Below, piece by piece: positions 37,149 through 46,779 of a stretch of 64,000 nucleotides of DNA. The stretch is taken from positions 2,486,264-2,550,263 of the forward strand of contig OW818647.1 of assembly GCA_942492855.1 (NCBI GenBank). The letters run 5' to 3'. The stretch comes from Armatimonadota bacterium. GTDB lineage: Bacteria; Armatimonadota; HRBIN16. Position numbers and translations under genes: made by a program. Each line of letters starts with the position of its first letter. Within the stretch, counting starts at the first letter, position 1. Below the pieces are notes generated by a model that saw only the letters and a program-made list of their open reading frames with translations, was not told the origin of the DNA and did not search any database.

Positions 37149-37940
37149 ATGAAACATCTACTCGCAATCGCAATCGGAGTATCCGTTATATGCGGATCGG
37201 TGGTGGCTCAGAAGCTACCGGTGCCGGAGCAGGCCCGCGAACAATTCGCACCCGTGCTGTTACGAATGGAGGCCAACACACAGGTTGGGCCTGATGCTGA
37301 GCCTACGGACTCTGGCCGCAACACCGCCACAGCCGTGGTCATGAGCAGAGATGGGCTGCTGATCACCACGCTGAGTGCGGTCGATCCGTTGTCTATGCTG
37401 GGGGAAAGAGCCACAGGTGACGAGTTTCGGTTGAAAGTGAGCGGGCTGAAAGTGGTGCTGCCAGATGCTACGGAGATGCCAGCGAAGGTCGTCCTACGTG
37501 ATAAACTGACCGGGTTCGCCGTGATCAAACTGAACGACAAACCGGCGAAACCGTTGGCCGCTCTGCCATTGGGCAAGGTTACCCCGCTTGATGTGGGCGA
37601 TGACATCTACCTGGTCGACCGTTTGGGCCCCGATATGGAGAATATCTGTGTAGTGAGCTCCCAGATGGTGATGGCCAGGCTGAGTTATCCGGTCAATAAA
37701 GCGGTGGTCACAGGCGGTAATGTGGTGGGTGCCATCGCGGTAAATCAGGCCGGTGAGGCATGCGGTCTGGTGTCCTTGTACCGTCCAGATGCCAAACGCA
37801 CCTACGCGGTCTACACCGTGATCGGCCCCGATGAGTTGAAGGCTCTGCTTGAGAAGGCCCGAACCGCCAGCCCGGAGGTTGCCATCAACGTGGACGAGGC
37901 CCAGCCGAAGGTCAGCCAAACGCCCGCAGAGGCTGATTAG
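37149..37940 (+). CDS. Secreted single-domain trypsin-like (HtrA-like, degenerate) protein, paralogous to domains of the upstream gene
   Basis: Signal peptide MKHLLAIAIGVSVICGSVVA. DATEMPAKVVLRDKLTGFAVIKL and GGNVVGAIAVNQAGEACGLVSL follow the same pattern. The ATG at 37149 is 2 nt after the upstream stop. Confidence 0.4.
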   Translation: MKHLLAIAIGVSVICGSVVAQKLPVPEQAREQFAPVLLRMEANTQVGPDAEPTDSGRNTATAVVMSRDGLLITTLSAVDPLSMLGERATGDEFRLKVSGLKVVLPDATEMPAKVVLRDKLTGFAVIKLNDKPAKPLAALPLGKVTPLDVGDDIYLVDRLGPDMENICVVSSQMVMARLSYPVNKAVVTGGNVVGAIAVNQAGEACGLVSLYRPDAKRTYAVYTVIGPDELKALLEKARTASPEVAINVDEAQPKVSQTPAEAD

Positions 37941-37965
37941 GGCTCAGCGGGCGGGTTTGGTGGCT

Positions 37966-37988
37966 AGGGCGAACGGCCGTTCGCCCCT
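37966..37988 (+). terminator. GC-rich palindromic hairpin AGGGCGAACGGCCGTTCGCCCCT immediately after a + strand stop (terminator/REP-like); second copy at 43361..43384
   Basis: The same ~28-nt sequence (GGGCGAACGGCCGTTCGCCCCTACGTG) occurs 20-30 nt downstream of the stop codons at 37940 and 43341. Confidence 0.4.
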
Positions 37989-38341
37989 ACGTGCTTCGAC
38001 ATGCTCGATTAGCCCCGCTACGACGGGTTCCATCGCCCCAGGGGGCTCCATCACCCGTCGCTGATCAGATGGCTGCCCGCGTCGCTTTGCTCCAGCGGGC
38101 GCATGCGGAAGGGACGCTGCGCCCGCTTGCGGGCTGCAAATGCCTAGACGCGCGGTGAGGGAACCCCGGCAAGGGACGCCAGTCCCTTGGGGTGACTAAA
38201 CCCGCGGCAGGTCAAAGGGCGATTCCCGAATCGCCCCTACGCGGCCCGCGTTCCTGCGGGCAACTTGGGCTGATCAAATCACCCCCAGGAATCAAAAAAG
38301 GGGCGGGCAAATGCCCGCCCTTTGGATTCGGATACCGGAGG

Positions 38342-40165
38342 CTAATGCAGGCTCTCGTGCGTGCGCACCAGAACCTCAAACCGTAGGTCGGTACCGAGCA
38401 CGCCCACGATGTTCTCGTCATCATCCACTATCGTGCACGACAGCGTGACACAGAGCACACCGGTGATGCGGGATTTGTAGAACTCGGTGATATACACCTG
38501 CCCAGGGCCTGCTTCGATGGCTCCGATGAACCAGTCTCGGTCGGCGAAGTCGTGATCAAGACCGTAGGTGCCGAAGCTTTCGCGGTACTGCGGTTGGGTG
38601 ATGTTGCTGGTGATCTTCTTGCCAGTTTGGTCAACCACGTAGGCGAACTGGATGAAGGAGTGCTTATGCACCGCATCCTCTAGAACCGGCTCAATCCTTG
38701 TGTGGTCCATGCTCATGATCTCACGGTTTTGAACCAGATCGACCACAATCTTCTCCACCAGGTTGAGCGCATGGTCACGCAGCTTGTCGTAATCGCTCTT
38801 GAAGTATTCGGGCAGATGCATCCGCGCCTGCATCAGCATCTCATTATCCGAGATGGAGGTGACGCGGCCTTCGGCATACTGTTGCTTGATCCACTCCATC
38901 ATACCTGCTAAACCCGGATGCCGCTTGTCTATGGCTACTTCCTGACGAAGACCGAGGTAGTTGTTGACCCAATGAGCTACTCCGGCCACACCCGATTTGT
39001 CGGTGATGTTCACTCGGGCCGGACGGTCCAGAATCTTGTCGGTATCGAAGATGTTATATATCTCCGCGTCCTTCAACATGCCGTCGGCATGGATCCCGGC
39101 GCTGGTGGCATTGAAGTGCGAGCCCACGAAGGGATAGGAGGGTGATATCTCCACGCCCATCTCCTTCTGGAAGTAGTCTGCTATCTCGGTAATAATGCGC
39201 GTGTCCACACCGTTGGTTTCGCCTTTCAGGGAGATGTAGTCCATGATGGCTCCCTCAAGCGGTGGATTACCCGTGCGTTCACCAAAACCCAGAAGCGAGC
39301 AGTTGGCGTTGGAGCACCCATATAGCCAGGCGGTGGTGGAGTTGACCATCACTTTATGGAAGTCGTTATGACCGTGCCACTCTAACCACTCACTGGGCAC
39401 TCCGCATTCATGAATCATCGAGTGGATCATCTTGGGTATGCTTCGCGGCAGAGTGGCCTCCGCATACGGCACACCAAACCCCATGGTGTCACACAGCCTG
39501 ATCTTGACCGCCTTCTTACTTTCGCGGGCGACTTCCATCAACCGTTGCACGAAGGGGATGATGAACCCGTCGAAATCGGCGCGGGTGACATCCTCAAGAT
39601 GGCATCGCACTGCGTCCAGCCCGGATTCGAGCGCCGTCGTGACCAGGTCCACATACATCTCAAGGGCCTGAGAGCGCGATTTGTTCATCTTGCGGAAGAT
39701 GTGGTAGTCCGATGCGGAGGTCAGAATGCCGGTTTCGCGCAGGCCCATATCCTTCACCAGCTTGAAGTCCGCTTTAGTGGCTCGGATCCATCCTGTGACC
39801 TCAGGGAACTGGTGGCCCAGCTCCAGGCATTTGTATACGGCCTCTTTATCTTTATCACTATATAGGAAAAACTCCGTGGCGCGGATGACGCCGTTGGGCC
39901 CGCCCAACTGGTTCAGCAGATCATACAGCCGCACGATGTGCTCTACCTTATATGGGGGCCTTGACTGTTGCCCGTCACGGAACGTCGTGTCCGTAATATA
40001 CATCTCATGTGCGGGTTCCATAGGCACGGAGTGACCGTCGAAGACAAGACGCGGCACCTCAGTGTATGGGAACTGCTCGCGCAGCATGTTTGGTTCCGGT
40101 ACATCAACGACTTCTCGTTTGGAGGTGGTGTGCAGTAAACCCCATCGCGGGTTTTTTGATATCAT
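38342..40165 (-). CDS. HMGL-like pyruvate-carboxyltransferase domain protein (LeuA/CimA/NifV family) fused to a C-terminal Cache-like sensor domain
   Basis: The N-terminal half has DTTFRDGQQS and HGHNDFHKVMVNSTTAWLYGCSNANCSLLGFGERTGNPPLE, which align with the LeuA HxH...GERxGN motifs. The C-terminal ~200 aa (YKSRITGVLCVTLSCTIVDDDENIVGVLGTDLRF) matches the Cache domain core (Y.s...g..vit.s.pv.d..g...GVlg.Di). Confidence 0.6.
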   Translation of the reverse strand: MISKNPRWGLLHTTSKREVVDVPEPNMLREQFPYTEVPRLVFDGHSVPMEPAHEMYITDTTFRDGQQSRPPYKVEHIVRLYDLLNQLGGPNGVIRATEFFLYSDKDKEAVYKCLELGHQFPEVTGWIRATKADFKLVKDMGLRETGILTSASDYHIFRKMNKSRSQALEMYVDLVTTALESGLDAVRCHLEDVTRADFDGFIIPFVQRLMEVARESKKAVKIRLCDTMGFGVPYAEATLPRSIPKMIHSMIHECGVPSEWLEWHGHNDFHKVMVNSTTAWLYGCSNANCSLLGFGERTGNPPLEGAIMDYISLKGETNGVDTRIITEIADYFQKEMGVEISPSYPFVGSHFNATSAGIHADGMLKDAEIYNIFDTDKILDRPARVNITDKSGVAGVAHWVNNYLGLRQEVAIDKRHPGLAGMMEWIKQQYAEGRVTSISDNEMLMQARMHLPEYFKSDYDKLRDHALNLVEKIVVDLVQNREIMSMDHTRIEPVLEDAVHKHSFIQFAYVVDQTGKKITSNITQPQYRESFGTYGLDHDFADRDWFIGAIEAGPGQVYITEFYKSRITGVLCVTLSCTIVDDDENIVGVLGTDLRFEVLVRTHESLH

Positions 40166-40420
40166 AGTCTATATCTCCTGTCGCTCACGTATTTTTCTAT
40201 ACCAAATATAGTGTACCCTCCGGTGAAACATTGTGCCAAATTTCACAATGTATTGGTAGTGGGCGCATATGTTTCGGATGTCGGAGTGATTGAGAGAGTG
40301 GTTCTGCACCTATTCATCAGTCCAGTTCGATATAATACAATCACATATCATCCAGATATCGGTATCTATAAATGCATAGACATTCTAGTTTTTAAGATAC
40401 CATAGACTGATGTTTGAGAT

Positions 40421-40660
40421 CAGTCTACTACCCACAAATACCTAAGGAGCCAGCAGTCGCCGATTCCGCGACATAAATGTCTCGGCTATTGACCGGCCAA
40501 GCCTGCTGAAGCAGTCTGGGTGCCGCATCCAGCCACAAGGCGAAGTGGTGCTTCAACAGGCTTGGCCGGTCAATAGCCATGTGCTTTAGCGCGTGTTAGG
40601 GCAGGCATACATCGTTATATAACGATAAACCCCCGCTCGGACTTGTGGGAAATAGACTGG
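40421..40660. mobile_element. MITE family 1 copy (~240 bp)
   Basis: Outer TIRs CAGTCTACTACCCACAAAT / CTTGTGGGAAATAGACTG. Internal CCGCGACATAAATGTCTCGGCTATTGACC, central GCCTGCTGAAGCAGTCTG, and GGTCAATAGCCATGTG. Confidence 0.55.
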
Positions 40661-40765
40661 GTTCCTGCACCGCTCTGCTGATCAATAGCGGCCGGTGTCG
40701 CTGCGCTCCAACCGGTGTAGTGGGAGGGGACCACCGCAGCTAGTTTGGCCATGTCCGGGCCTCCG

Positions 40766-40992
40766 GGCACCCACGGAGTGGGTAGCAGTTCTTATAGCCA
40801 GGGGTGAGCGCAGCGATACCCCTGGTAAAGGGCCCCAGTGTTTACCCCCGAATGGGGGTCGAACCGACTGAAGAAGCTCAATATTCCGGTAACCATGCCG
40901 ACCCACGTCGGGGTAGGATGTTAACGGCTGTCATCCACGGGTTACGCTTACGCACCCGTGGCTGTAAGAATCCTACCCACTCCGTGGGTGCC
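40766..40992. mobile_element. MITE family 2 copy (227 bp) with perfect 19-bp TIRs GGCACCCACGGAGTGGGTA / TACCCACTCCGTGGGTGCC
   Basis: Same length and subterminal TTCTTATAGCCAGGGGTGAGCG / CGCACCCGTGGCTGTAAGAA repeats as the copy at 26982..27208. Confidence 0.55.
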
Positions 40993-41149
40993 GGAAACAA
41001 CATCAGCATTACCGATCGTGGACTATCGCACGATCATCGCCTATGTCTGAGTTGTAACTGGCACTGTTGGTTAAATAGGCGCCCGCCCGAAGGGGAACAA
41101 CAAAAAAGCCTGCGTCACGGGCCGGTTGGTGTTTACTATTCCAAGAAAA

Positions 41150-41478
41150 CAAAATTTTAGGCTCTACTAATCATGTGTCAAAATGACATATAATTTATAA
41201 TAAATACGTTATCACATGGATTATTATCAATTTGGATACAAGGTTTTTATGAGATGTTTGCAATCACATTTTTAGTGTATTTCTGAAAAGTGATATGATA
41301 ACGAAATGTATGATGATATATTATAGGTATGAAGTACGTACACTAGACTAAGTACATGTACTTTATGAATCACTAACTAGTTTTATGACTGGGGCTTTAG
41401 ATTAGACAGATAAGCAGGATTAAACGCCCAACCCCTCGAATACTAAACAGACCAAACCCCACCCCAGGAGAAATCAAT
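41150..41478. promoter_or_regulatory. AT-rich (~30% GC) non-coding island upstream of the GH20 gene containing two adjacent palindromic sites (AGTACGTACACT at 41333..41344, AGTACATGTACT at 41351..41362)
   Basis: A sharp compositional drop relative to the ~60% GC flanks, with no ORF of 60 aa or more. The palindromes GTACGTAC and AGTACATGTACT are 6 nt apart, as expected for adjacent transcription-factor sites. A second AT-rich stretch lies at 40200..40420. Confidence 0.3.
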
Positions 41479-43341
41479 ATGCTTAGCGATATTCAGTTTA
41501 TCCCTCGCCCGCGCGTGATCAATGACGTGCCCGAACGCTTCATCGTGGCAGCGCATCAGACCATCGGCAGTATGGACGTCATCAACAACTACCCCAACCT
41601 GCTAAAACTGCAGCAGGTGATCAAAGAGGAGCTGGGCATCCATACCGAGATTGTGTGCGGCTGCGACAGCACATACCAGCTCACCATCGAACCAGCCCTC
41701 GGCCAGCAGGCGTATGAGCTGACGATCACGCCGGAGCGCATCAGCATCGTGGGCGGATGCGAGGCAGGGCTGTATTACGGCGTCTGCACGCTGAAGCAAA
41801 TCATCCGCGAATCCGGCAACGAGCTCTGGTGCGGCAGCATTCAGGACCACCCAGACTTCCCAGTGCGCGGCCTAATGCTGGACATCTCACGCGACATGGT
41901 GCCCACCATGGACACGCTGAAGATGACGGTGGACATGCTGGCAGACCTGAAGCTTAACCGGCTGGAGCTCTACGCGGAGCACACCTTCAAATACCGCAAC
42001 CATCCACAGGTCTGGAGCCTGGCCAGCCCCATCAGCGGCGAGCAGATACTGGAGCTTCAAGCCTACTGCAAGCAGAGGCACATCGAGCTGGTGCCCAACC
42101 AGAACTGCTTCGGGCACATGCGCCGATGGCTGGATCATCCCGATTATCTGCACCTGGCGGAATCGCCCGACGGCTTCGAATGGCCCTGGGGCGGCAAAAC
42201 GGAAGGCCCATTTTCGCTTAACCCGCAGGACCCTGAGGCCATCAAACTGGTGGAGGGTATGTTCGACGAGATGCTGCCCTATTTCGAGAGCAACAACGTG
42301 AATGTGGGCTGCGATGAGACCTTCGACCTAGGCGCCGGGGCCAGTAAAGAGGCTTGCGAGCGGCTGGGCAAAGGGCGGGTTTACCTGAACTTCCTTTTGG
42401 AAATCTACAAGGTCATGAAAAAGCATGGCAAGGTGATGAACTTCTGGGGCGACATCGTGCAGGAGCACCCCGAGCTGGTGCCAGAGCTGCCCAAGGATGT
42501 GGTCGCGCTGGAGTGGGGTTACGACAAAGGCCATCCCTGGCAGGAGCGGCTGGCCAGGCTGCAGGAAGCTGGTCTGCCGATCTATGTCTGCCCGGGCACC
42601 TCGGCGTGGGGCACCATCGCCGGCCGGACCGATAACTGCATCGGCAACCTGAAGGAGGCCGCTGTCTATGGTCTGCAATACGGCGCGATCGGGTATCTAA
42701 ATACGGACTGGGGTGACTACGGCCACGTCAACAAAACGCCGGTCTCCTACCTGGGATATGCCGTCGGCGCGGCTTATAGCTGGACTGCGGAACAGAGTGA
42801 TAATATCGACATCCCAGCAGCCCTCAGCACGCAGGTGTTCAATGACCCCACCGGTCAGATGGGCACCGTGGCCTATGACATGGGCAACGCACACCTGAAA
42901 CTGGGCAAGCTAACCAGCAACTGCAGCGTGCTGTGGCAGGGCATCGTGCCCGGTCTCAGCACGGAAACGCTGAAAGCCGATGCCCGCGGCCCGGAGATCA
43001 CGGTGGAGAAGATCGATGAGGCGATCGCGATGATTGAGGAGTTGCAGGCACGGGTGCTGCGCTCGGGCAGCAAGCGAGCGGATGCTCAGTTGCTGGTGGA
43101 CGAGTGGTATAGCGTGGGTGAGATGCTGAAACACGGCTGTTACCGCTTGCGCGCTCTGGCCGAGGGCAGCTACGAAAACCAGGCCACGAAGAACAGGCTC
43201 TCGTCACACCTCCGCACCGTGATCGGTGAGCACCAGCGGCTCTGGATGCGTCGCGCCGAGGTGGGCGGGTTACGCGACAGCGCCAGCCGACTGTGGAACC
43301 TGATGAACGAATACGGGATCAAAGAGCACCAGGGAATGTAG
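41479..43341 (+). CDS. Glycoside hydrolase family 20 beta-N-acetylhexosaminidase-like
   Basis: RGLMLDISRDM matches the GH20 R-x-x-[ML]LD-x-[AS]R motif. The catalytic region NVGCDETFDLG corresponds to the H/N-x-G-x-D-E catalytic pair. N-terminal GH20b-like domain. 620 aa. Confidence 0.65.
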   Translation: MLSDIQFIPRPRVINDVPERFIVAAHQTIGSMDVINNYPNLLKLQQVIKEELGIHTEIVCGCDSTYQLTIEPALGQQAYELTITPERISIVGGCEAGLYYGVCTLKQIIRESGNELWCGSIQDHPDFPVRGLMLDISRDMVPTMDTLKMTVDMLADLKLNRLELYAEHTFKYRNHPQVWSLASPISGEQILELQAYCKQRHIELVPNQNCFGHMRRWLDHPDYLHLAESPDGFEWPWGGKTEGPFSLNPQDPEAIKLVEGMFDEMLPYFESNNVNVGCDETFDLGAGASKEACERLGKGRVYLNFLLEIYKVMKKHGKVMNFWGDIVQEHPELVPELPKDVVALEWGYDKGHPWQERLARLQEAGLPIYVCPGTSAWGTIAGRTDNCIGNLKEAAVYGLQYGAIGYLNTDWGDYGHVNKTPVSYLGYAVGAAYSWTAEQSDNIDIPAALSTQVFNDPTGQMGTVAYDMGNAHLKLGKLTSNCSVLWQGIVPGLSTETLKADARGPEITVEKIDEAIAMIEELQARVLRSGSKRADAQLLVDEWYSVGEMLKHGCYRLRALAEGSYENQATKNRLSSHLRTVIGEHQRLWMRRAEVGGLRDSASRLWNLMNEYGIKEHQGM

Positions 43342-43413
43342 CTGAGCGTGGAATGTGCATAGGGGCGAACGGCCGTTCGCCCCTACGTGACAAGGCAATC
43401 GAGCCGCAGGCGG

Positions 43414-45072
43414 CTACGACTTGCTTTCGTGGTACTCCTTCTCTACATTCACATTCCACACATCATCACGGTTCTGTATCTTGCCTGAGATGTAGTCTAC
43501 CGCGACCATAGCTGTCAGCATAGAGTGGTCCTGGTTGTTGTATCTGTGCTGCCCGTTACGCCCCACCATGAACAGGTTCTCAAATCGGCTCAGGTAACTC
43601 TTCACCTGGTCGAACTGCTCATAGCTGCCGAAATAGGCGGGATAGGCTTTCGGCACGCGGATCAGCACGGTCTTCAATATGTCCTGGGCATCGACCACAC
43701 CGATGGTCGCCAGCTCCTTGACGGCAAACTCGCAGAAGCTGCCATCATCCATTGACCAGAGCTCATCGCCTTCGTTCGCGAAATACTCCATGCCGACCCA
43801 GGCTGTGTTGCTGTCCGCCACCATGTAGGGGCTCCAGTTGTTGAATATCTGAAGCCTGCCCACGCGCACATCGGGTTCCTGGATATAAATCCAGTTGTCA
43901 GGCACAATATTGTTCACCGATGGGCGGTCGGTGTCATTGGTCAGCTTCAGCTTGCGTGCCAGCACGCCCACAGTCATGAAGTCACGGTACTGTAGGCCGG
44001 CGGCCACGTCCGCTATCTCTTGTGGCACTTCCGCTTTTAGGGCCGGCAGCAGCTCCTTGATGGGCATGCTGCTAAACACATAGTCGCCCAGTATTGTTTC
44101 AATCTCACCAGTCTCGGGGTTCAGAACCTGCACGCCTGTGATGCGGTCGCCTTCTGTGGTCAGACCGACCACCTTCGTGCCCATACGGATCTCTGCCCCT
44201 GCCTGTAGCAGATCACCTGCCACCACTTCCCACAACTGACCCGGGCCAAGTTTTGGGTACCAGAAGCGTTCGATCAAGCTGGTTTCGACCTTTGACTGGT
44301 CGGCCTTGCTGGATTTTGGCAGGGTGGACTTGAGGGCATGCAGAATCGCTTTACTTAGTGACAGCCCCTTGATGCGCTGCGCACCCCAGGCTGCGGACAA
44401 CTTGTGGCAGGGGACGCCCCATACCTTCTCGGTATAATCCCTGAAGAAAGTGCAGTAAAGCTCATACCCAAACTGGTTGACCAGGAAATCTTCCAGTGAC
44501 CGCACCGGTTTGCGCTTGGCCACCTTGGCTACAACATACCCCCAGCCTATCCGCATCACGCGAACCATTCCCAGGTTTTTCAGGGTCTTGCCAGACAGGC
44601 TGATGGGGTAGTCGAAAAACTTGCGCAGGAACAGGATTCGCGAGAGGCGGCTTCTGTTGAGCATCACCCGATCCGTCGCTTCGGGATCACGCTCGGTGGA
44701 TTCTATAGCGTCAGATGAATCGAGGGGCAGCACGACGCACTTATCAACTAACTCAACTTCACGATGCAGTATCTTGTCATCGCGGCTTGGTGCCGACTGC
44801 GGGGGCATGACGTTGAACCACCAGTCCATGACGCGCTGAGATTTTGAGAAAAACCGGTGCCCGCCGATGTCTATGCGGTTGCCCTCAAACTGATCTGTGC
44901 GGGATATCCCACCGATCGACAGGCTGGCCTCGAACACAATCGGCTTTACGTCAGTGTGGCGCAACAGTTCGTATGCCGCTGTCAACCCCGCAGGGCCGGC
45001 CCCTATGATCAGCGCGGTTTTCTGTGATTCTGCCACTTCTCTACTCCCCTTTACAACACGACCGGCCCTCAA
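43414..45072 (-). CDS. FAD/NAD(P)-binding oxidoreductase (UDP-galactopyranose-mutase/amine-oxidase-like fold)
   Basis: N-terminal dinucleotide-binding [17 protein letters not shown], followed by IGGISRT...[12 protein letters not shown] resembling the GLF/amine-oxidase second motif. 552 aa. Divergent from the GT-C gene at 45293. Confidence 0.45.
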   Translation of the reverse strand: MRAGRVVKGSREVAESQKTALIIGAGPAGLTAAYELLRHTDVKPIVFEASLSIGGISRTDQFEGNRIDIGGHRFFSKSQRVMDWWFNVMPPQSAPSRDDKILHREVELVDKCVVLPLDSSDAIESTERDPEATDRVMLNRSRLSRILFLRKFFDYPISLSGKTLKNLGMVRVMRIGWGYVVAKVAKRKPVRSLEDFLVNQFGYELYCTFFRDYTEKVWGVPCHKLSAAWGAQRIKGLSLSKAILHALKSTLPKSSKADQSKVETSLIERFWYPKLGPGQLWEVVAGDLLQAGAEIRMGTKVVGLTTEGDRITGVQVLNPETGEIETILGDYVFSSMPIKELLPALKAEVPQEIADVAAGLQYRDFMTVGVLARKLKLTNDTDRPSVNNIVPDNWIYIQEPDVRVGRLQIFNNWSPYMVADSNTAWVGMEYFANEGDELWSMDDGSFCEFAVKELATIGVVDAQDILKTVLIRVPKAYPAYFGSYEQFDQVKSYLSRFENLFMVGRNGQHRYNNQDHSMLTAMVAVDYISGKIQNRDDVWNVNVEKEYHESKS

Positions 45073-45292
45073 TCGGATGGAAAGGCCTTCTATATTCTTG
45101 CATAAATCGCTGACGTATGGGAACTGTCGAATATAGCTTTGGCACTGTCACAGATACCGACGTTTTTATGATATGCTATAATACCCATACGGCGACAAGG
45201 CAGATGCGTGTAGACTCAGTATCGAGATTGCACACAATGGATCCTCATATCATGGTACAAGCCCCACAGTTGAAGGTTAATGGAGTGACAAG

Positions 45293-46570
45293 GTGACAAC
45301 AACGAAATCCAATGACAAGGCTCAATACAAGGTGCCCTACGGGCGTTGGTTTTGGATACTGATCTGCTGCGCGATGGCCGCCGGTCTTGCGATGGTATTC
45401 ATGCACAGGATGGATACCCCGGACCAGCTAACCGCTGATGCGCTTGATTATCATGACCTGGCGATGCAATTATTAAGGGAACACTCATACGGCAGTACCT
45501 ATCGTGTGCCAGCCTATCCTGCCCTGTTAGCATTGGTGTATGCGGTCACCGGTCCAAACCTGCCAGCCGTCTATCTGGTGCAGGCCATGCTTTTTGTCGC
45601 TTCTTTGGTGTTAGTTTATACTATCGCCTACAAGCTGGTTCGGAAAGAAACCACCTCACTCATTGCTTTAGCGGTATGCATTTTGTGGCCGCCTTTTTGG
45701 CGTTCGCTGACCGATGTGCTTACCGAGACTCTGGCGCTGTTCCTGGTGACGGCCACAGTATGGCAGTTGCTCTTATGTATAGAAAAGGCCAGTGTCGGTC
45801 GATGCTTCGTAGTGGGTGTGTTACTGGCGATCACTACGCTGTGTAAGGCGGTAATGATCCCCTATATACTCATCGCGGCGTTGCTGGTCTTGACAGCGAA
45901 TGGGGTGAAGAAGCCGAACTGGGTAGGGGCTTGTGTGCTCCTCATCGCTGCATCGGTTTGTTTGGGTGCCTGGACGGTGAGGAACTACAGAGTGACAGGC
46001 GCAATCATCCCGGTGGCGACAGGCGGAGGCTTCAACTTCTGGCTGGGAAACTGGTCACCGTACTACCGCCATGTATGGAAGTGGCAGGATTACCCACCGG
46101 AATTGGCCCGTGAGCTAGCGGGAAAAACCGAAGTGGAGCAGGACAAGGTATTCACACGAGTGGCGGTCAATCAGATGACAAGGGAACCACTGACGGCTGC
46201 AGGGATGTTCATTCAGAAGTTTTCTGACCTGTGGCTGGCAGGATTTGGAAGAGATGCCGCATCAATGGCAACTCCGGTCAAAGCGATCGGGGGGTATAGC
46301 GTCCCGAAATTGTCGCTGCTGTCTATCCCCTTGTTTATCTTGGCTTTCATAGGATGTCGGATTATTTCCTGTGAAGAGCAGCGGCGAGCCTTACCAGTCA
46401 CTTTACTCTTGTCATGGTGGACCATAGCGTATGTGTTGACCACCGTGGCACCGGCGCGCTATGTTTTACCAGTGCAGGTGTTCGAGATTATTTTGGCAGC
46501 CGTGGCGATATCGGCTGGCTACCATGCCATCGCAAGGAAACACAGGCGTGTGATCACGGGGGAGAGCTGA
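45293..46570 (+). CDS. GT-C fold membrane glycosyltransferase (ArnT/PMT family 39/83-like)
   Basis: Polytopic. The N-terminal region DALDYHDLAMQLLREHSYGSTYRVPAYPALLALVYAV matches the ArnT/PMT first-loop DxxxY...R.P.YP pattern. 425 aa. Confidence 0.5.
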   Translation: MTTTKSNDKAQYKVPYGRWFWILICCAMAAGLAMVFMHRMDTPDQLTADALDYHDLAMQLLREHSYGSTYRVPAYPALLALVYAVTGPNLPAVYLVQAMLFVASLVLVYTIAYKLVRKETTSLIALAVCILWPPFWRSLTDVLTETLALFLVTATVWQLLLCIEKASVGRCFVVGVLLAITTLCKAVMIPYILIAALLVLTANGVKKPNWVGACVLLIAASVCLGAWTVRNYRVTGAIIPVATGGGFNFWLGNWSPYYRHVWKWQDYPPELARELAGKTEVEQDKVFTRVAVNQMTREPLTAAGMFIQKFSDLWLAGFGRDAASMATPVKAIGGYSVPKLSLLSIPLFILAFIGCRIISCEEQRRALPVTLLLSWWTIAYVLTTVAPARYVLPVQVFEIILAAVAISAGYHAIARKHRRVITGES

Positions 46571-46779
46571 CCGTCAGCACAATCACCGTGGTTGACCACC
46601 ATGTGATCCGTCCGATCCGTCACATCCGTCCGATGTTTGACCCCCCAACGCAGAAAGACCGCCCCGGTTAGGGGAAAACCGGCGCGGACATTATAAGAAG
46701 AGACCGGCCCGGAAAGGAAAACCGGGCCGGTCATCGGGACGGCGAGGTGACCTCGCCCCTGGGCGCGGAGACCGCGCCC

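Noticed and set aside
40211-40405. 64-aa ORF in the AT-rich stretch
   Set aside because: No RBS, an odd composition, and it overlaps the start of a MITE. Probably a chance ORF in AT-rich DNA.
40840-40880. tRNA-like T-arm sequence (GGGGGTCGAACC) inside MITE family 2
   Set aside because: No acceptor/anticodon stems can be built around it. The sequence is a simple CCCCC-loop-GGGGG hairpin conserved in the MITE copies (also at about 27090).
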